Shown here: positions 59,701 to 64,000 of the stretch, one piece after another
Numbering within the stretch: position 1 is the stretch's first letter
Layout: each line of letters begins with the position of its first letter
NCBI RefSeq assembly: GCF_035084215.1
Contig: NC_090366.1
Location: forward strand, 13,578,001 to 13,642,000
Origin: Heptranchias perlo
Lineage: Eukaryota
Direction: 5' to 3'
DNA length: 64,000 nucleotides
Notes under the pieces: generated by a model
What the model saw: only the letters and a program-made list of their open reading frames with translations
What the model was told of the DNA's origin: nothing
The model's database searches: none
Program-made: the position numbers and the translations under genes

Positions 59701-62700
59701 TTAGACCCAAATACCATCTCCAAGAAAAGACCTGCTAATCATTCCCTCCAGCCCATGGTATTCAATGGTATTACCATCGCCAAATCCTCTATCATCCACA
59801 AGGAGTGTGATGGAATACTCTCCACTTGCCTGGATGAGTGCAGCTCCAACAACACTCAAGAAGCTCGACACCATCCAGGACAAAGCAGCCCGCTTGATTG
59901 GCACCCCATCCACCACCCTAAACATTCACTCCCTTCACCACCGGCGCACTGTGGCTGCAGTGTGGACCATCCACAGGATGCACTGCAGCAACTCGCCAAG
60001 GCTTCTTCGACAGCACCTCCCGAACCCGTGACCTAGCAGGACAAGGGCAGCAGGCACATGGGAACACCACCCACCTCCAAGTCACACACCATCCCGACTT
60101 GGAGATATATCGGCCGTTCCTTCATCGTCACTGGGTCAAAATCCAGGAACACCCTCCCTAACAGCACTGTGGGAGAACCTTCACCACGCGGACTGCAGGC
60201 GGTTCAAGAAGGCGGCTCACCACCACCTTCTCAAGGGGCAGCTAGGGATGGGCAATAAATGACGGCCTTACCAGCGACGCCCACACCCCCAGAATGAATT
60301 AAAGAAAAGACCGAACTCAAGAGAGTAAAACATTTAATAGATGAGTCACACCAGTCCCAGGCATGGACTGAGGCGACACACAAGCTCGGACTGGATACAG
60401 ATCCAGCGCTGGTCTTATTGAATGGCGTAGCAGGCTCGAGGGGCCGATTGGCCTACTCCTGCTCCTATTTCTTATGTTCTTATGTTAGATCCAGCGCTGG
60501 TCTGTGCATGAATTGTTCCGTGTTCCTGATTAGTGACTGATTTAATACACAGACCGAAAGTCTTTCTAACCAATACTCACGTTTCACACTCAAGGTGACA
60601 TTGCTCATCAGTCGATGGCTGGTTTCAGGGTAATCGGATTTACAGGAAACAATTTGCCCGTGATGTTTGTACGAAGGGTTAAACGTCAGCACCGTCGAAA
60701 CTTCGCCGATGTTCCCTGTGATGGTGTTGACGGTGGAATCGGGCACTTCGTTCCACGTGAGAAGGGGACGATTCTCAGGGCAGGTGTGGAGGGATTTGCA
60801 GATTATATTGGTGGGATTCCCTTCGGTGATCTCGTCCGGGAGTAATATGTTGGGCATGTCTGGAACATCTGGATAATCAGAAAGACACAGAGGTTGGCGT
60901 TCAATTGGAACAGAGTCCTGTGGTTTTTCTCCAATTTTACATCGAGTTACATCGAAACATCAGCATTGAAACAGGCCATTGGCCCAACTGGTCTATGCTG
61001 GCGTTTATGCTCCTCGCTCCCCTCTTCATCTCACCCGATCAGCATATCCTTCCATTCCTTTCTCCCTCACAGCTTCCCCTTAAATCCATCCACGCAATTC
61101 CCCTCAACTACTCCTTGTGGGAGCGAGTTCCACATTCTCACCACTCTCTGGGTAAAGAAGTTTCTCCTCAATTCCCTATTGGATTTATTGGTGACTATCT
61201 TATCTTGCATCTGATCCCAGAGAGTAGGTGCTGACAGAGTATTTGGACGGGGAGGGAATTGCGACTGAGTCAATCATTTTTTCACAGGGCCTCCCCAGGC
61301 AAATGAGGGGCAATTTAATCGTTTATCACCTCACCCAACATTCGCTCCCATCCTCCTCAATCCGAGACCTTTCTGTGCGTAAATTGGTCGCTCTCTGTCT
61401 CCACATTGTAACAGTGACCGCAGTTTAAAGGTAATTCATTGGCTGTAAAGCGCTTTGGGACGTCCTGAGGTCACGAAAGGCGCTACATAAATGCAAGTTC
61501 TTTCTTTATCACCCTCTGACTTCACAATTATCACCACTGTTGTCATAGAATCTCACAGCAAAGAAGGAGGCCATTTGGCCCAATGTGAAAGAGCTATCCC
61601 ATTAGTCCCACTCTCCTGCTTTGCAAATTTTTCCTTTTCAAGTATTTATCCAATTCCCCTTTTGAAAGTTATTATTGAATCTGCTTCCACCGCCCTTTCA
61701 GGCAGCGCATTCCAGATCATCACAACTCGCTGCGTAAAAAACATTCTCCTCATCTTCCCCTCTGGTTCTTTTGCCATTTATCTTAAATCTGTGCCCTCCA
61801 GTTACCGACCCTCCTGCCAATGGAAACAGTTTCTCCTTATTTACTCCATCAAAACCCCTCATGATTTTGAACACCTCGATTAAATCTCCACTTAACCTTC
61901 TCTGCTCTGAGGAGAACAATCCCAGCTTCTCCAGTCTCTCCACATAACTGAAGTCCCTCATCCCTGGGACCATTCTGGTAAATCTCCTCTGCACCCTCTC
62001 CAAGGCCTTGACATCCTTCCGAAAGTGCGGTGCCCAGAATTGGACACAATACTGGGGCCGAACCAGGGATTTATAAAGAGTTTAGCGTGACTTCCTTGTT
62101 TTTGGACTCTCGGCCTCTATTTATAAAGCCCCTGGAGCCGGTATGATTTTCCCATCTTCTCATCAATTCTGACCCTTGGGCTTCTCGGAAGGAAATGACT
62201 GTTCCTGGCGCAGTTGCCGAGGGCAACGTTTTGGAAAGGTTTTGCATTCCGCACGTTGATATCTCCCAACCTGTTCCAGCGCAGTGACCGAGACAAAAGG
62301 CAGCGGGCGCTAAATTGGGCCGCGTAGCGCCCGTTGTTTCGGCGCTACACGGCCTCTCCGACATCCAAGATGGCGTCTTGGCTGCGCACGCACGTTTCCA
62401 GCATGACGGGCGCCGGACGCCATCTTGGTGTAGGAGTTAGCCCGGGCGCAGATAACGAATCATGTAAAGTCGGGAGAAAATGGCTTCAATCAGCGTGCAA
62501 CGCTGATTTAAAGTGATAGACACCATTTTGGGACTTAACGCTTAACTCAATGCAGGGTCTTAACCCCAATCATCTGAACGTGTCTTCAAGCATCTGGAGG
62601 ACCCCCCACCAGTGCTATTTAAAGGGACCAGGCAGGATTTACAGGTTAGTGGCTGGCTGCCCAGACATTTGTACCTGTTTTTGGAGGCCTCCTGTACTTG

Positions 62701-64000
62701 AATACCAGGACATGGGGACATAGCCAAACATTTAGAGCCAGGACGTGCAGGAGTGAAGTTCAGAAATGCTTCTACACGCAAAGGGTGGGAGAAGTTTGGG
62801 AAGCTCTTCTGCAAATGACAGTTGATGCTAGCTCACTTGTGAATGTTAAATCTGAGATTGATAGATTTCTGTGAGTCTGCTAGACATGGAGTTAGGTCAC
62901 AGGTCAACCATGATCTCATTAAATGGTGGAACAGGCTCGAGGGGCTGAACGCCACTGCCACTTGCTGCCTCCTGATATGCACCACCCTCTTCTGCAAGAA
63001 AGCGGGATGTTTGCCTGGGTGATGTGCCTGTCATGGTTGAATAGCTGCCAGTGTGTGTGTGACCTGTGAGTTGTGGGTGGGCTGCTCGCAACAGCGGTAA
63101 TGTGTGAGGGAGAGAGGAGGCATCTGATTGGAAGAGTTGAGTTCTGATTGAAAGGGTTTGTTGGTATGTGGGTGATGGGGGGTGCAGTGTGTGGAGCAGT
63201 GGATGCGGCTGGTGGTGTGGTTGGTCGGAGATGCCACTTGACAGTTGACCTCACTCACCTTGACCACTCTTGTCAAAGCATTGAACTTCTTCCTGCACTG
63301 AATCCCTGTTCTTGGCGCTATGCGCCTGGCATTGACTTTGTCCCCCGCTGCCTCCCACTGCCCTTTGGCCATATGTCTGGAGGGCCTCTTGCCCCCCCAC
63401 CCACCCTGCGGATATAGGATGTCCCTCCTTCTGTCCACCTCTTGCACCAAGGCCTCCAGTGCATCAGCAGAGAACCCTGGTGCATGCTCTCTCGCAGGCC
63501 TGGTACCAACTCAGATCAGCTGATTGGTGAGGTCTGGCATGCAGATTGGAGGATGTGGGATTTAGTGGTGTGCAACCTTTATTCAATGTTTTAACATAAC
63601 TCATCAGTGTGTAAACATAGGGACGGGACCTGCATCTGTGTTTTACGTGTGCACTATCTGATCTCCTTGCAGACAGCAGACTGTTATTTTCAGCAAATAA
63701 CAGGCACTGGCTACCTTTAAGAGATTTGAAGAGACATCCTCCCTTTAAGAGATTGGGGCTCCCCCTGCTGGTGGAAAGTGCGAATTGAATCGAATCGACG
63801 TGCAAGGATTTCAACGCAGCTTGACACTGAGAGGACTGAGGCCGGACAATGTTCTCATCCTCCCTGAGCAGGGACCATTGGGCATGGTTTAATAACGCAT
63901 CACGCTACCCGCGCCCAATAATAGGCCCAATCGAATATCCCCCCCGCCCCCACAACACTGAGTCTTACCTAGCACCTGTAACTGGACAGGGCTCGTGAAA
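50604..64000 (-). CDS. Siglec/MAG-like gene C (5' partial): V-set end + 6 C2-type exons + Tyr-motif terminal exon; no TM exon found (possibly secreted form, pseudogene or assembly collapse)
   Basis: Exons 63969->64000, 60581-60868, 59283-59558, 57714-57971, 55214-55489, 53985-54242, 52353-52655, 50604-50720. Confidence 0.78.
50827..52322. repeat. 29-bp AT-rich minisatellite with internal inverted repeat (~51 units)
   Basis: GGGTTTG-ATCATTGAT-ATTG-ATCAATGAT. Confidence 0.95.
52353..52655 (-). CDS. Gene C exon, MAG Ig5-like membrane-proximal domain
   Basis: ILPESNCKLYLTNTTCVCVVQSDSSAEVMW...INCSVENSSG; ttacAG / GTGAGT; 303 nt. Confidence 0.85.
52720..53160 (+). mobile_element. CR1 LINE fragment
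   Basis: [39 protein letters not shown]. Confidence 0.8.
53370..53770 (+). mobile_element. L2-clade LINE 3' fragment
   Basis: [28 protein letters not shown]. Confidence 0.75.
53985..54242 (-). CDS. Gene C exon, C2-set Ig domain 6
   Basis: PPENTHV...LSCFSQGKPAAHDYSWYK...YYCKATSVLG; 258 nt. Confidence 0.87.
54290..54952. repeat. 63/68-bp tandem repeat ending in an inverted copy
   Basis: ACACTCCCAGGGCAGGTACAGGGTTAGATACAGAGTAAAGCTCCCTCTACACTGTCCCATCAA units. Confidence 0.9.
55214..55489 (-). CDS. Gene C exon, C2-set Ig domain 5
   Basis: PPKETAV...EGGNVTLSCFSKSNPPATNYSWF...FYCTAGNTMG; 276 nt. Confidence 0.88.
56265..56397. repeat. Imperfect ~130-bp palindrome (MITE-like); half copies dispersed across window
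   Basis: CCGCATTTATAATGGAAAC..GTCACGCTG / CAGCGTGAC..GTTCCATGATAAATGTGG. Confidence 0.55.
56398..56742 (-). mobile_element. L2-clade LINE 3' fragment
   Basis: Same recurrent L2 tail block. Confidence 0.7.
57714..57971 (-). CDS. Gene C exon, C2-set Ig domain 4
   Basis: Duplicate of 53985-54242; 258 nt. Confidence 0.87.
58015..58410 (+). mobile_element. Non-LTR retrotransposon ORF2 3' fragment (related copies ~59750-60300, 16260-16630)
   Basis: MEYSPLAWMSAAP..LKKLDTIQDKAA..SLHHRRTVAAV. Confidence 0.7.
58422..59155. repeat. 63/68-bp tandem repeat (~11 units)
   Basis: Same unit as 54290-54880. Confidence 0.9.
59283..59558 (-). CDS. Gene C exon, C2-set Ig domain 3
   Basis: SPKETAV...EGDNVTLSCFSKSNPPATSYSWF...FYCTAGNTLG; 276 nt. 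Confidence 0.88.
60581..60868 (-). CDS. Gene C exon, Siglec domain 2
   Basis: PNILLPDEITEGNPTNIICKSLHTCPENRPLLTW...LTFNPSYKHHGQIVSC; extra Cys (HTCP); 288 nt. Confidence 0.88.
61545..62135 (-). mobile_element. CR1 LINE 3' fragment
   Basis: [30 protein letters not shown]. Confidence 0.85.
62140..63946 (-). mobile_element. Harbinger/PIF-like non-autonomous element with Myb/SANT-like (NAIF1-type) coding segment
   Basis: FSADALEALVQEVDRRRDILYP...[11 protein letters not shown]...[13 protein letters not shown], then GTGAGT donor; inverted homologue of 37644-40221. Confidence 0.62.
63969..64000 (-). CDS. Probable 3' end of gene C V-set exon (cut by window edge)
   Basis: FTSPVQLQVL then phase-1 AG/GTAAGA donor; G-strand-like and in phase with the domain 2 exon. 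Confidence 0.55.
   Translation of the reverse strand, partial: SRALSSYRC

Noticed and set aside
22292-64000. Assigning symbols such as SIGLEC1, CD22, MAG or CD33
   Set aside because: Mosaic features and lineage-specific duplications; orthology needs phylogeny and synteny

Overview
Vertebrate genomic DNA, most likely from a cartilaginous fish (inferred from the repeat landscape: Deu-domain SacSINE1/AmnSINE1-like SINEs, dense CR1 and L2 fragments). The window holds a tandem cluster of three minus-strand Siglec-family (sialic-acid-binding Ig-like lectin) genes. Gene B (CDS 44141->22292) can be reconstructed completely from GT-AG splice sites: 18 coding exons, 4512 nt, 1503 aa. It encodes a signal peptide, a V-set domain with the essential Arg, 13 C2-type Ig domains (10 are near-identical 282-nt tandem exons), a TM segment and a CD33-related-type tail with ITIM (LLYANI) plus ITIM-like/ITSM (TEYAHI). 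Gene A (18894->182, 3' end outside the window) is a recent ~25.5 kb segmental duplicate of B. It also has 10 repeat exons, reached by a different duplication history, and a V-set domain diverged mainly in the ligand-binding loops. Gene C (>64000->50604) is a more divergent 7-Ig paralogue with a Tyr-motif terminal exon but no recognisable transmembrane exon; a 1.5 kb 29-bp hairpin satellite occupies that intron. The remainder is CR1/L2 LINE fragments (one young 2.5 kb CR1), SINEs with 33-bp VNTR expansions, two Harbinger-like Myb/SANT elements and several minisatellites. All gene models were read by eye and lack transcript support; repeat boundaries are approximate.
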